Assembly (NCBI GenBank): GCA_045593405.1
Contig: JAZNWN010000015.1
Span: forward strand, 8,395 to 72,394
Length of the DNA: 64,000 nt
DNA from: Clostridia bacterium
GTDB lineage: Bacteria; Bacillota; Clostridia; TANB77; CAG-508
Direction of reading: 5' to 3'
Within the stretch, counting starts at the first letter, position 1. Every line of letters starts with the position of its first letter. The notes under the pieces were generated by a model. That model was given only the letters and a program-made list of their open reading frames with translations, did no database searches and was not told the origin of the DNA. A program made the translations under genes and the position numbers. Below, piece by piece: positions 1 to 9,825 of the stretch.

Positions 1-557
1 TTTTTCATAGTCTCTATAAAATTTAAATCTAATTTTTCAAAACTATTAAATGGTGGATAATGCATACATACTATTATTTCTTTGTCTGCACCATATTTTT
101 CTATTCCACTTTTCAAAGACATTTCTAACCTTTGGTTTTCTCTTTTTATTATTTTTTCTGCTTTTTCTTCTTGCTCTGACCAGCCTCTTGTTCCTACTAT
201 TATTTTGTTTTCATAAAAATAACTATTATTATATATAAAATCTATGTTTTCAAAATTATTCTCTTTTATATATTTTCTCATCTTTGTAATAGTAGTCCAC
301 CAATAGTCATGATTTCCTTTTAATAATATTTTTTTACCTGGAAGGTTATTTAAATACTCAAAATCTTTGTATGTATCTTCTAAATACATTGCCCATGAAA
401 AATCTCCTGGCATTAATACAATGTCGTCTTCTTTTACTTTTTCTTGCCAGTCTTTTTTTATTTTTTCTTCATGATTATTCCAATTCTCGCCAAATATGTT
501 CATTGGCTTGTTTTCGCCAAATGATAAATGTAGGTCTGAAATTGCATATATTGCCAT
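1..557 (-). CDS. metallophosphoesterase (calcineurin-like) family protein; C-terminus runs past the window start
   Basis: Minus-strand translation from the ATG at 555-557 gives MAIYAISDLHLSF...GNHDYWW...CMHYPPF, the phosphoesterase metal-binding motifs. A GGAGG RBS lies upstream. This ORF is not in the supplied track because it is open at the window edge. Confidence 0.7.
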   Translation of the reverse strand, partial: MAIYAISDLHLSFGENKPMNIFGENWNNHEEKIKKDWQEKVKEDDIVLMPGDFSWAMYLEDTYKDFEYLNNLPGKKILLKGNHDYWWTTITKMRKYIKENNFENIDFIYNNSYFYENKIIVGTRGWSEQEEKAEKIIKRENQRLEMSLKSGIEKYGADKEIIVCMHYPPFNSFEKLDLNFIETMK

Positions 558-558
558 A

Positions 559-1572
559 TTAACCTCCAATTTTTAAATTTGGTATTGCATTTAGTTTTAA
601 GTCAGATGTTTTTCCTTCCATATAATTATAATAGCCTGCTGATGCTATCATTGCTGCATTGTCTGTACATAGTTTTAATTCTGGGAAATACACTTCTATT
701 TTGTGTCTTTTTCCTAATTCTTCAAACTTCTGTCTTATATATGAATTTGCTGATACTCCTCCTGCCAATACTACTTTGTTTATTTTTTCCTTATTATTTT
801 TATTTATCTGTTTTATTGCATTTATTGTGTTATGTGTAAGCATTTCTGTGGCAACTTTTTCAAAGCTCGCACATAAATCTGCTTTATTTATATTTGGATC
901 TTTATGGTTTAAGTTTATTACTGCTGTTTTTATTCCACTAAAGCTAAAATCCAAATTATCTATATTTGCTTTTGGTAATTCTATAGATGGTTCTCCCTCT
1001 TTTGCAAGCTTGTCTACTTTTGGTCCTCCTGGATATCCTAACCCTACTACTCTTGCAACTTTATCAAATGCTTCACCAATTGCATCATCTCTAGTTCTTC
1101 CTATTATTTCAAAATCACAATAATCTTTAACATGTACTAAATGAGTATGACCTCCTGATATTATTAAACATAAAAATGGCGGTTTTAAATCCTCATATGT
1201 TATATAATTTGCTGCAATATGCCCTTCTATATGGTTCACTCCTACTAGTGGTTTATTTAACGCATATGCTAGTCCTTTTGCATAAGATACTCCAACAAGT
1301 AATGCACCAACTAGTCCTGGTCCATATGTACATGCTATTACATCTATATCTTTAAAAGTTTTTCCAGCTTTTTTTAAAGCCTCTTTTGTCACTTGATTTA
1401 TAACTTCTGTGTGACATCTTGAGGCAATTTCTGGTACAACTCCTCCATATAGAGTGTGTATGTCTATTTGTGAATTTATTATGTTTGATAGAACAAGTCT
1501 TCCGTTTACTACTACTGATACTGATGTTTCGTCACAGCTTGATTCTATCCCTAAAACAACTATATCTTTCAT
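559..1572 (-). CDS. tsaD: tRNA N6-adenosine threonylcarbamoyltransferase TsaD
   Basis: The 337-aa ORF begins [18 protein letters not shown] and carries the Kae1/Gcp family His/Asp metal site. It is full length. Confidence 0.95.
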   Translation of the reverse strand: MKDIVVLGIESSCDETSVSVVVNGRLVLSNIINSQIDIHTLYGGVVPEIASRCHTEVINQVTKEALKKAGKTFKDIDVIACTYGPGLVGALLVGVSYAKGLAYALNKPLVGVNHIEGHIAANYITYEDLKPPFLCLIISGGHTHLVHVKDYCDFEIIGRTRDDAIGEAFDKVARVVGLGYPGGPKVDKLAKEGEPSIELPKANIDNLDFSFSGIKTAVINLNHKDPNINKADLCASFEKVATEMLTHNTINAIKQINKNNKEKINKVVLAGGVSANSYIRQKFEELGKRHKIEVYFPELKLCTDNAAMIASAGYYNYMEGKTSDLKLNAIPNLKIGG

Positions 1573-1761
1573 TTTAACTCCTATTTACTTTTGCATAACG
1601 CTCAATCTCGTCGGTGTTTATATTTTTTAATTCGCTCATTTCTTCCCTCCGGCGCTGTAACAAGACTTCGTCTTTAACAGCCCACGGCGGTCCCCACGAG
1701 GAAATTCGCTTTTAAAAATATATAAACCCTTGCGTTGAGCTGTTTTGTACATAAATTATAA

Positions 1762-2538
1762 CTAAATAAAAATAGATACCAACTTAAATGCAAGCCAAGT
1801 TATTCCGGTAAATACTCCTGAAAATATTGGTGACAACAAGCTTGATAGCAAGCCTGTAATCCAAAGTATTAAAAATCCTATGTAAAATAGTCTCTCATTT
1901 TTATAAAACCATTGTTTTGCATTAAAGCTTAAAAAATGCATTAATACTTTTGAACCATCTAGTGGTGGTAATGGTATTAAATTAAATACTCCTAATCCTA
2001 TATTTATAGAGATTATTTGTATTATTACAGTATATAATATAGAAAGTGTACTACTACTCAAACCTGATAATACATCTGTTGCAACAAATAAAGCATAATA
2101 AATAATCGCAAAAATAAATGCTAAAACAAAGTTTGCTATTGGCCCTGCTGCTGCAACTATTGCTTCTGCTTTTGAAATAGAATATTTTCCATCAAAATTT
2201 CTAGAATCAATTTGCACAGGTTTTCCCCATCCAAATCCTGCAACTAAAAGAAGAACTATTCCAATTGGATCTATATGACTTATTGGATTTAGGTTAAGCC
2301 TCCCTTGTATTTTAGGAGTATCATCTCCTAATTTAAATGCAGCTAAAGCATGCGCATATTCATGGAATGTCATTGCAATTATTACTCCTGGTATACTTAA
2401 CAATATTCCTAGAAGTCCTCCTGTTCCTAGTGAACTAATCCATGCAACTAACATTATTACAATTACTATTATAATTGCTTTTCTATCAAAACCAAAATTA
2501 AACATATAGCCTCCTTTGTAATCATCTTTAATGTTCAA
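1762..2538 (-). CDS. peptidase M50 family (site-2 protease-like) membrane metalloprotease
   Basis: A HEYAHAL HExxH motif sits inside a polytopic membrane protein of 258 aa. Confidence 0.8.
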   Translation of the reverse strand: MNIKDDYKGGYMFNFGFDRKAIIIVIVIMLVAWISSLGTGGLLGILLSIPGVIIAMTFHEYAHALAAFKLGDDTPKIQGRLNLNPISHIDPIGIVLLLVAGFGWGKPVQIDSRNFDGKYSISKAEAIVAAAGPIANFVLAFIFAIIYYALFVATDVLSGLSSSTLSILYTVIIQIISINIGLGVFNLIPLPPLDGSKVLMHFLSFNAKQWFYKNERLFYIGFLILWITGLLSSLLSPIFSGVFTGITWLAFKLVSIFI

Positions 2539-2977
2539 GAATTATCCCTGCCACTAAAATAGTAAATCCTATTATTCCCATAATGCCTGTAATAATAATC
2601 GGTGTTAAATAATGCATTATTTTATATTGATTTTTGGAAGTATATTTTTCGTCAATGACTCTTTCTGTTTTTTCTGTATATTGTATTTTTACCTTTTTGG
2701 AAGCATTGTTTGGATTCATTCCACAATTCAGAAATTCCTTCCTTATTGTTTTTCCAGAATATTCATTATAATATTCCAAAATTGGTGTATATGTTTTAGG
2801 ATTTTCTACTGTTCCTAATCCAAAACTCTTAAATCCCATAAAAATTGCTTCTGTTTCTTTATATTCTCCTTTAAATGCAACTATCATCCTTAAATTTGAA
2901 AGCATATACATAATAAAAATCAATAATGCTATACCACATATTACAATAATTAGAGTTCCTATTATTGTTAAGATCAT
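2528..2977 (-). CDS. hypothetical membrane protein (DUF3592-like topology)
   Basis: The 149-aa ORF has N- and C-terminal transmembrane helices. It overlaps the downstream ORF by 11 nt. Confidence 0.55.
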   Translation of the reverse strand: MILTIIGTLIIVICGIALLIFIMYMLSNLRMIVAFKGEYKETEAIFMGFKSFGLGTVENPKTYTPILEYYNEYSGKTIRKEFLNCGMNPNNASKKVKIQYTEKTERVIDEKYTSKNQYKIMHYLTPIIITGIMGIIGFTILVAGIILEH

Positions 2978-2994
2978 TATTCTTTCTCCTTATA

Positions 2995-3113
2995 TTTTAA
3001 ATATTATTACGCAAGTGGCTTCATTGACCATTTTTGAAATTTTCTAAAACCTTTCATTTTCAATTATTTCAAATGTTTTTTAGTACTTACTGAATGCAAT
3101 TTGAATGCTACTA
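2995..3113. repeat. lysS 3'-end/flank duplicate (copy 3)
   Basis: CGCAAGTGGCTTCATTG is the reverse complement of the lysS last codons (M K P L A). It is followed by the ACCATTTTTG...AAAACCTTTCATTT segment and the GAATGCAATTTGAATGCTAC motif. Confidence 0.65.
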
Positions 3114-3144
3114 GATTGAATTCATTAATACTCATTAGAATTTA

Positions 3145-3549
3145 TTAATTATTATTTTTTATACTATTAAATTTTCTTTTTAGTATTTTATAATATATTA
3201 TTTTATAGATAATAGCTAGCACATAGATTGGCAAGCCCATTATTATTAATACTACACCCTCTAGTCCACCAATATTACCTAAAGCAAATATTACATCTAT
3301 TAAAAAATATATAACTAAAATATCCATTATGTACGTAATATATAAAAACCAATTTGCAATACTTGTAGAAATTTTTAAACCATCTTTTTTTCTAAAATAA
3401 AGTATGTATGTAAATTGATATATACATGAAAGTATAAATACTAAAAATATAATATCTGCCCATGCTCTTGCTGTTATATATGGTCTTGCTATTAAAACTA
3501 ATAAATAATTAATAAAAGATATTTTATTAATCAAATCATATTTACTCAT
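3145..3549 (-). CDS. hypothetical polytopic membrane protein
   Basis: The 134-aa ORF has about four transmembrane segments. An AGGAG RBS lies upstream. The gene sits inside the lysS-flank repeat array. Confidence 0.5.
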   Translation of the reverse strand: MSKYDLINKISFINYLLVLIARPYITARAWADIIFLVFILSCIYQFTYILYFRKKDGLKISTSIANWFLYITYIMDILVIYFLIDVIFALGNIGGLEGVVLIIMGLPIYVLAIIYKIIYYKILKRKFNSIKNNN

Positions 3550-3600
3550 ATTTTTCTCCTATTTTTGAATGCTACCAATATAAATTTCATGAAAGCTTAT

Positions 3601-3807
3601 TAACTTTTTACTATTTGTTAAATTATTGGACAATTACTCACTCTTCTTTATCTAAGTGTTTTACAAGCTTTTACTCATTATTTAATTTTATAAAATGTTC
3701 TCACGCAAGTGGCTTCATTGACCATTTTTGCATTTCTCTAAAACCTTTCATTTCCAATAGTTTTAAGTACTTTCCAGTGCTCTGTGAATGCAATTTGAAT
3801 GCTACCA
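3601..3807. repeat. lysS 3'-end/flank duplicate (copy 2)
   Basis: About 120 nt are colinear with 5211-5337 (TAACTTTTT...TTATAAAATGTTCTCACGCAAGTGGCTTCATTG). The ACCATTTTTG segment and GAATGCAATTTGAATGCTACCA motif follow. Confidence 0.7.
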
Positions 3808-3845
3808 AATTGTTTTCATTAAGAGTTATTATAACATATAAATTT

Positions 3846-5132
3846 TTATAATTCCATTTCACTATCTATCTGTTTATCTAATTCATATAATTCTTGAAAA
3901 GCACTTCCATTTATATCATTTCTATTTCTTACAACTGGTATACTTAAATGCATAAAACTATCTGCTTCTCCTGGATAGCTTTTTATACTACCCATTGGAT
4001 AATGTTGTAACAATCTTCTAAAAGTTAGAAACAATCTTTCTGTTTTTATTTCACTTATTAAATCTTCTTTTCCGAAACTTCTTTCAAAATAATATTTTTC
4101 TCTTTTATATTGTTCTGGATATTTTGTTATTTTATCTTCAGTCCAATACTCTTCAAATTCTGATAATATTTTTTTATTTCTTTTTGTATGATATTCATAA
4201 TCAAGAACATATAAGCTTGGAACTTCTATTTCAGTAACACCTTCTTTGTGTAATAAGTTAACAAATATGCTTAATGCTAATAAATTTTTAGGTTCGACTT
4301 GATAGGTATCTTCATCTGCTATTCCTTCATTTGCCTTATACTTTTTTCTATCCATTTTTTTATCTAGTTCAGTTTTGTTATAACTATCACTTTTATCTTG
4401 AATTGAACCTATAGAGCAGATTTTTTTACCATCTTTTTCATAAATTCCATATCTTATAACAGGAAAATCATAATGTGGTCTATTAAACAATTCTTTATTA
4501 TCGTAATAATTTTTATCATAAACTTTAATTTCAATTTCACTTGAATTCTCATCCCAAGTTCTTGCTATACCATTTTTCACACAAAGTACGTTATTATCTA
4601 AAAACTCTATCTGACCTAACCAAGTTTCTTCATTGTATTTTTCAAATGTAGTATCATTTACCATCTCTACTTGTTTTCTCAAAAATTCTTCCGGATTATT
4701 AAAATCATCCGGTGTAGCCCTTAACCATATTTGTTCAAAGAAATTATTTTTTTCATATCTAGTAAATCCTGACATTCCTGTTCTTGAAAAGTACAACTCT
4801 ATTTGTTTTTCATAGAGCTGTCTTAGCAGCTCAAAGAACTGTCTGTAATCATTTACTATCATAACAGGAGTTTCAAGATTTCCTTCACTTTTTTGTTTTA
4901 TTGTTTGCAATATTTTTTGAGATTTTTCTTTATAAAAATCATATTTATCAGAATAGCTTTTTAAAATGCTTTCTATGAATTGTATTGCTTCATCTTCTCT
5001 AAAGTCAAATTTAAAGTTCGGTAAATCTTCACTAAACAATAACTTATACAATGTATCTGTTGTAAATTCTCTTGCTACATTTTCAAAAGTTGGCATCCAA
5101 CTTTCTGCCACCGTTCCTTTATATGCTTCCAT
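3846..5132 (-). CDS. hypothetical protein (428 aa, no recognisable domain)
   Basis: A long, clean ORF with host-like codon usage. It is bracketed by duplicated copies of the lysS 3' flank. Confidence 0.6.
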   Translation of the reverse strand: MEAYKGTVAESWMPTFENVAREFTTDTLYKLLFSEDLPNFKFDFREDEAIQFIESILKSYSDKYDFYKEKSQKILQTIKQKSEGNLETPVMIVNDYRQFFELLRQLYEKQIELYFSRTGMSGFTRYEKNNFFEQIWLRATPDDFNNPEEFLRKQVEMVNDTTFEKYNEETWLGQIEFLDNNVLCVKNGIARTWDENSSEIEIKVYDKNYYDNKELFNRPHYDFPVIRYGIYEKDGKKICSIGSIQDKSDSYNKTELDKKMDRKKYKANEGIADEDTYQVEPKNLLALSIFVNLLHKEGVTEIEVPSLYVLDYEYHTKRNKKILSEFEEYWTEDKITKYPEQYKREKYYFERSFGKEDLISEIKTERLFLTFRRLLQHYPMGSIKSYPGEADSFMHLSIPVVRNRNDINGSAFQELYELDKQIDSEMEL

Positions 5133-5315
5133 ACTTACTCCTATTTTATTAGTATTTCCATTTATTAAATGAATGCAATTTGAATGCTACCAGCTAAATT
5201 TTATTAAAATTCATTAACTTTTTGTATATTTGTCAAATTTTTTAATAATGTCTCATTCATTACTATTTGAGCGCTTTGCAAGCTTTTATGCTTTGTTAAA
5301 ATTTATAAAATGTTC

Positions 5316-6809
5316 TCACGCAAGTGGCTTCATTGTTGGGAAGAATAATATGTCCCTAATTGAAGCGCTATCTGTTAATAGCATTATTAATCTATCTAGA
5401 CCTATTCCCAATCCTCCTGTTGGTGGCATACCATATTCTAATGCTCTAACAAAATCGTCGTCCATATCATTTGCTTCTTCATTTCCAGCTGCTTTTTGTT
5501 TTGCTTGTTCTAAAAATCTTTCATATTGATCTATTGGGTCATTTAATTCTGAATATGCATTTCCATATTCACGTCCACCAATAAACACTTCAAATCTTTC
5601 TACTAGTCTTGGGTCTGATGGTTTTCTTTTTGTTAATGGTGATACTTCTACTGGATAATCTATTATAAATGTTGGTTGAACCAATGTTTCTTCTACTTTT
5701 TCTTCAAAAACAAGATTTATTACATTTCCTCTTTCTAATGTTCCTTCTATTTCTATTCCTAAATTTCTAGCTGCATCAGACGCTTCTTCGTCTGTATTAA
5801 TTTCGTTAAAATCTACTCCTGTTACTTCTTTAATAGCATCTATCATAGGAAGTCTTCTCCATCCTGGTGTTAAATCAATTGGTGTTCCTTGATATGTAAT
5901 TTTAGTTGTTCCCAAAACTTTCTGTGCTACTGTTGATATTATTTCTTCTGTAATATCCATCATATCGTTATAATCTTCATATGCTGCATATAATTCTATG
6001 TTTGTAAATTCCGGATTATGTTTTATAGATATTCCTTCATTTCTAAACATTCTTCCTAATTCATAAACTTTATCAAATCCACCAACTATTAATCTTTTTA
6101 GGTATAATTCGTTTGCTATTCTTAAATACATGTCCATATCTAATGTGTTGTGGTGTGTTATAAAAGGTCTTGCTGCTGCCCCACCTGCTATTGTATTTAA
6201 TATTGGTGTTTCTACTTCAACATATCCTTTATTATCTAATACATTTTTTATTTCTTTTATAATTTTACTTCTAATAAGAAATGTATCTTTTACTTCTGGA
6301 TTCATTATTAAATCTACATATCTTTGTCTATATCTTAATTCTGTATCTTTTAATCCATGGAATTTTTCTGGTAATGGTCTCAAAGATTTTGTAAGTAATA
6401 CCATTTCTTTTGCATGAACTGATATTTCTCCAGTCTTTGTTTTAAATACAAATCCTGTTATTCCTACTATATCTCCAATATCATATGTTTTAAATTCTTT
6501 ATAGCTTTCTTCTCCTAAATCATTTAAACTTACATAACTTTGAATTTTTCCTTGCATATCTTGTAAATGGCAGAAAGATGCTTTTCCCATTACTCTTTTT
6601 GCCATAATTCTTCCTGCTATTGTTACATCTTTTCCTTCTAATTCTTCATAGTTATCTTTTATTTGCTGGCTATTATGTGTTCTATTATATTTTGTAATTT
6701 TGAAAGGATCTTTTCCTTGTTTTCGTAATTCCTCCAATTTTTCTTTTCTTATTGTTATTAAATGATTTTCATCTAACATTTGTTCATTGTTGTTATTATT
6801 TTGTTCCAT
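5316..6809 (-). CDS. lysS: lysine--tRNA ligase (class II)
   Basis: The 497-aa protein carries the [15 protein letters not shown] class II motif 3 and an N-terminal OB anticodon-binding domain. Confidence 0.97.
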   Translation of the reverse strand: MEQNNNNNEQMLDENHLITIRKEKLEELRKQGKDPFKITKYNRTHNSQQIKDNYEELEGKDVTIAGRIMAKRVMGKASFCHLQDMQGKIQSYVSLNDLGEESYKEFKTYDIGDIVGITGFVFKTKTGEISVHAKEMVLLTKSLRPLPEKFHGLKDTELRYRQRYVDLIMNPEVKDTFLIRSKIIKEIKNVLDNKGYVEVETPILNTIAGGAAARPFITHHNTLDMDMYLRIANELYLKRLIVGGFDKVYELGRMFRNEGISIKHNPEFTNIELYAAYEDYNDMMDITEEIISTVAQKVLGTTKITYQGTPIDLTPGWRRLPMIDAIKEVTGVDFNEINTDEEASDAARNLGIEIEGTLERGNVINLVFEEKVEETLVQPTFIIDYPVEVSPLTKRKPSDPRLVERFEVFIGGREYGNAYSELNDPIDQYERFLEQAKQKAAGNEEANDMDDDFVRALEYGMPPTGGLGIGLDRLIMLLTDSASIRDILFFPTMKPLA

Positions 6810-6895
6810 AATATCAATCTCCCTTCAATTTTATTGAAATATTATATAATATTTTTTGCCAAAAGTAAACTAGAATTTATAAATTATTGCAAATG

Positions 6896-6924
6896 TTGTA
6901 GGGCGCAATCATGCGCCCCTACAA
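6896..6924. repeat. REP-like GC-rich palindromic element
   Basis: TTGTAGGGCGCA-ATCAT-GCGCCCCTACAA. Confidence 0.75.
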
Positions 6925-6931
6925 CATACAT

Positions 6932-7726
6932 TTATCTGTTAATCATTGCCTTTACTGCGCCTATTGCCGTGCCATATTCAGCATTTTGAGGTATTGTGAA
7001 TTTTATATTATGTAATTTTTCTATTTTATCAAAAACTTTTCTTGCATATGGTATGTTTACAGTTTGACCTATTGCAATTATATTTATTATATTTGAGCCT
7101 TTTGCCCCAAGTGCTGCCATAACTCCTATTGTCTCAAATATCATATTCATTATGCCTAATATTATATCATGATTTGTTGCTTTTTCATTTAATTTTCCAA
7201 AATTTGCAGCTGTTGTATCTTTAGGTAAAGTTTTTATTTCTTCAGTTGTAACATCTTGTATAGTTAAATCTACATTTTTTAAGGTTCCTGTTAATTCTGC
7301 TTTTTTTATATCTTCAAAATTTATTCTTTGATTTATTTTTTTGCATAAATTTATTAGAGTACCTCCACCTATTCCAGTTCCACCTAAGTGAGTAATTACT
7401 CCATTTTCATTTTTAATAAATGCAGTTCCTGTCCCCACGCTTGCTACAATAAATTTTCCTTCTCCAACACTTCCAATAGCAATAAACTCTGGTACTTTCA
7501 CTACTTCTTTATTAAAAAACTTGTCTGCCATGTTATTTGCCCCTACACCTGTAACTGCAATTTTATCTATATTCTCTAAATTAATATTTTTTTTATTTAT
7601 AAACTGTTCCAGCGCTCTTTCTGGTATGTCTTTTTTTAATATCATTTTATTTTTTATATTTATTTTTTTATCTACTTCTATTATTTTTATATTTGATGTC
7701 CCTATATCTATTCCTATGTAGTTCAT
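6932..7726 (-). CDS. coaW: type II pantothenate kinase-like (CoaW-like) ASKHA-fold kinase
   Basis: The N-terminus reads MNYIGIDIGTSNIK. The motifs SVGTGTA, GGTGIGGG and TTAANFGK match those of staphylococcal CoaW. Confidence 0.6.
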   Translation of the reverse strand: MNYIGIDIGTSNIKIIEVDKKINIKNKMILKKDIPERALEQFINKKNINLENIDKIAVTGVGANNMADKFFNKEVVKVPEFIAIGSVGEGKFIVASVGTGTAFIKNENGVITHLGGTGIGGGTLINLCKKINQRINFEDIKKAELTGTLKNVDLTIQDVTTEEIKTLPKDTTAANFGKLNEKATNHDIILGIMNMIFETIGVMAALGAKGSNIINIIAIGQTVNIPYARKVFDKIEKLHNIKFTIPQNAEYGTAIGAVKAMINR

Positions 7727-7883
7727 ATTAAAATACCTCCAATATTTTTATTTTATTAAATATGGAGGTATATGTCAACATCTATTATTTAATTAAACTA
7801 TTGAATTCTCATTAAAATGCGCCTTTATAAAACTTTATTTGGATTCCACCTCACAAATCACACCTCTCACCTCATAAACTTTT

Positions 7884-8816
7884 TTATATTGTTTGAATTT
7901 CTTTCATTAAATTTTTATATTTTATATAAAATACATCTGAATCCTTTTCGTCTAATGAGTTTGCAAGTTCATTTAATAATACATATATTTTATTTGTTTT
8001 TTCTGTTTTGTCTTTTATATAATCTATATCACTAATTATTTCAGAATATACTTGTACTGCTTGAGTCAAATTATCATCTATTTCACCATTTTCTATATCT
8101 TCAGCTAATATATATGCATTTATTATATGACTTTGTGTTTGTCTTAATTTCTGCATATTTTTATCTGCATTTATTTCTTCTAGAAATTCTGGTATATTTG
8201 AATACAAATCTGCAAGTAAAATTAAACTTTGACTTTTATCTTCATTTTTTATGGCAATCATGGATCTATTAAGTTTATTACTAAAGTCTAATATTATGTC
8301 ATTTTTCACATCTAAAGCATATAAGTCTAGTATAATTATAGCCCAACTTTCTTCTAGTAATTCTATATCTTTTTTTATCCCAGTCCAATCTATATCGTTT
8401 CTATCTTTATCAAGTTCTGCATCAATTACCATTGTAGTTGTATTTACTGCATCTGTACTCTCTCCCTCTTGTTCTTGTTTTTCTCCTGCTTCTTTTGTAT
8501 CGCTTGATCCACCGCTTCCTCCTTCACTTGAATTTCCACCTTGTCCATTTGAAGTTTGGCTTCCTTCCCCAGCTTGCGATTGTTGTCCTTCATCACTTAA
8601 TTTCACTTGTTGTGATATAACTGAATAATTTTCAAAAGATATATTGTTTAATCCATTTAACAATTCCAAAGTTTCTACATTTATATAATCTAACTCTGAA
8701 ATCACTTTTGTTTTTAACTCTTCATCTTTATTTTCTGTGCATCCTGTAAAGAAAAATAATGTACAAATCAAAATAATCAAAATTACTATTTTTTTGTATT
8801 TTTTCAAGAAAATCAC
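7884..8816 (-). CDS. lipoprotein with Gly/Ser/Glu-rich low-complexity linker
   Basis: A signal peptide is followed by the lipobox LFFFTGC. The central region is GSQTSNGQGGNSSEGGSGGSS. Confidence 0.6.
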   Translation of the reverse strand: MIFLKKYKKIVILIILICTLFFFTGCTENKDEELKTKVISELDYINVETLELLNGLNNISFENYSVISQQVKLSDEGQQSQAGEGSQTSNGQGGNSSEGGSGGSSDTKEAGEKQEQEGESTDAVNTTTMVIDAELDKDRNDIDWTGIKKDIELLEESWAIIILDLYALDVKNDIILDFSNKLNRSMIAIKNEDKSQSLILLADLYSNIPEFLEEINADKNMQKLRQTQSHIINAYILAEDIENGEIDDNLTQAVQVYSEIISDIDYIKDKTEKTNKIYVLLNELANSLDEKDSDVFYIKYKNLMKEIQTI

Positions 8817-8986
8817 CTGTTGATAGTTTTCCCTAAAAAATACCTTTTATTCTTTTACATATTGTATTTTAGTTTTGCAAATAATAAAAATAATAATTTA
8901 GATGAATTTCAGCCTACCTTTTGTATATTTTAAAATTATTATATTGTCATCTAAATTATTATTTACTTAAATTAATGGAGATTTTT

Positions 8987-9268
8987 ATGAGTGCTATTGC
9001 TACAATTTATAGTGAAAAACCTAATGAGATAAAAAATTTTATTGATAAATTTTATAATGATAATATTAATGTTGAAAATAATTTAGAGCATAAAATAGTA
9101 TTTGAAAACCCTATTCAGCTTTCAGATATAATTAGCGCTTTTATAGATAATAATGATAAATTTAAAATCCACATGTGGATTAGTTTTGACAAGGATTTTT
9201 TTATAAATGTTACTGAATATAATGCAGACAAAATAATAAGGTACCTTTTTGAAAGATACCCGTACTAG
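8987..9268 (+). CDS. hypothetical protein
   Basis: A GGAG RBS lies 7 nt before the ATG at 8987 (MSAIATIYSEKP...). The ORF in the supplied track starts earlier, but that start has no RBS. Confidence 0.4.
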   Translation: MSAIATIYSEKPNEIKNFIDKFYNDNINVENNLEHKIVFENPIQLSDIISAFIDNNDKFKIHMWISFDKDFFINVTEYNADKIIRYLFERYPY

Positions 9269-9323
9269 TTAGTGAAGAGTTAATAGTGAAAACTTTCATT
9301 CATTATTCACTCTTCACCATTCA

Positions 9324-9749
9324 CTATTCATTATTCACTGGTTCCTCTTCTTCTTTGTCTTTTTCTTCATTTATAGGAACCATTTCTGGTTCTACAACTT
9401 CAACATCCTCTAGTTTTTGTCCACATTTTGAACAAAATGCTGCTTCTTTTTCTATCTCAGCATAACATTGTGGACATTGTCTTTTATTGTTTAATTTTAA
9501 AATTTCTTTTCTTGCATTTTCTATTTCTTTTGATAAAGCATCTATTTTTCCACATTGTTCTTGCAATTCTTCTTTAATAGAAATATCTTCTTCTCTTACA
9601 TGTTTCTCATATACTTTCTTACCTATTTCTTCATATATATCGCTTATTTTATTTTTATTGTCATTAATTTTTAGTTTTAGCTTTGTTTCCTTTGTTATTT
9701 TACTTGTTGCTTCTGATGTTTTCTTTCCAATTTCATTAAAAAATCCCAT
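9324..9749 (-). CDS. zinc-ribbon domain protein
   Basis: The C-terminus carries the paired CxxC motif CPQCYAEIEKEAAFCSKCGQKL. The N-terminal part is a Lys/Glu-rich coiled-coil-like region. Confidence 0.55.
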   Translation of the reverse strand: MGFFNEIGKKTSEATSKITKETKLKLKINDNKNKISDIYEEIGKKVYEKHVREEDISIKEELQEQCGKIDALSKEIENARKEILKLNNKRQCPQCYAEIEKEAAFCSKCGQKLEDVEVVEPEMVPINEEKDKEEEEPVNNE

Positions 9750-9825
9750 TTTATTTCACCTCTATTATTATATTCTTTACAATTTATATTTGATTTATTC
9801 TAAATTTTCAACTAAGTGAGGTCTT

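Noticed and set aside
50-562. Plus-strand ORFs 50-238 and 371-562 from the supplied track (Leu/Phe-rich).
   Set aside because: They are antisense to a well-supported minus-strand metallophosphoesterase gene. The low-complexity hydrophobic translations are typical of AT-rich antisense frames. The same reasoning applies to most short opposite-strand ORFs in the track, for example 579-1123, 2612-2818, 8251-8628, 43451-44161, 61713-62099 and 25040-25363.
6810-6931. T-box leaders upstream of lysS, hisS and trpS.
   Set aside because: The upstream gaps are only about 100-140 nt. They contain REP-like elements and lack a specifier-loop, antiterminator or T-box sequence (AGGGUGGNACCGCG).
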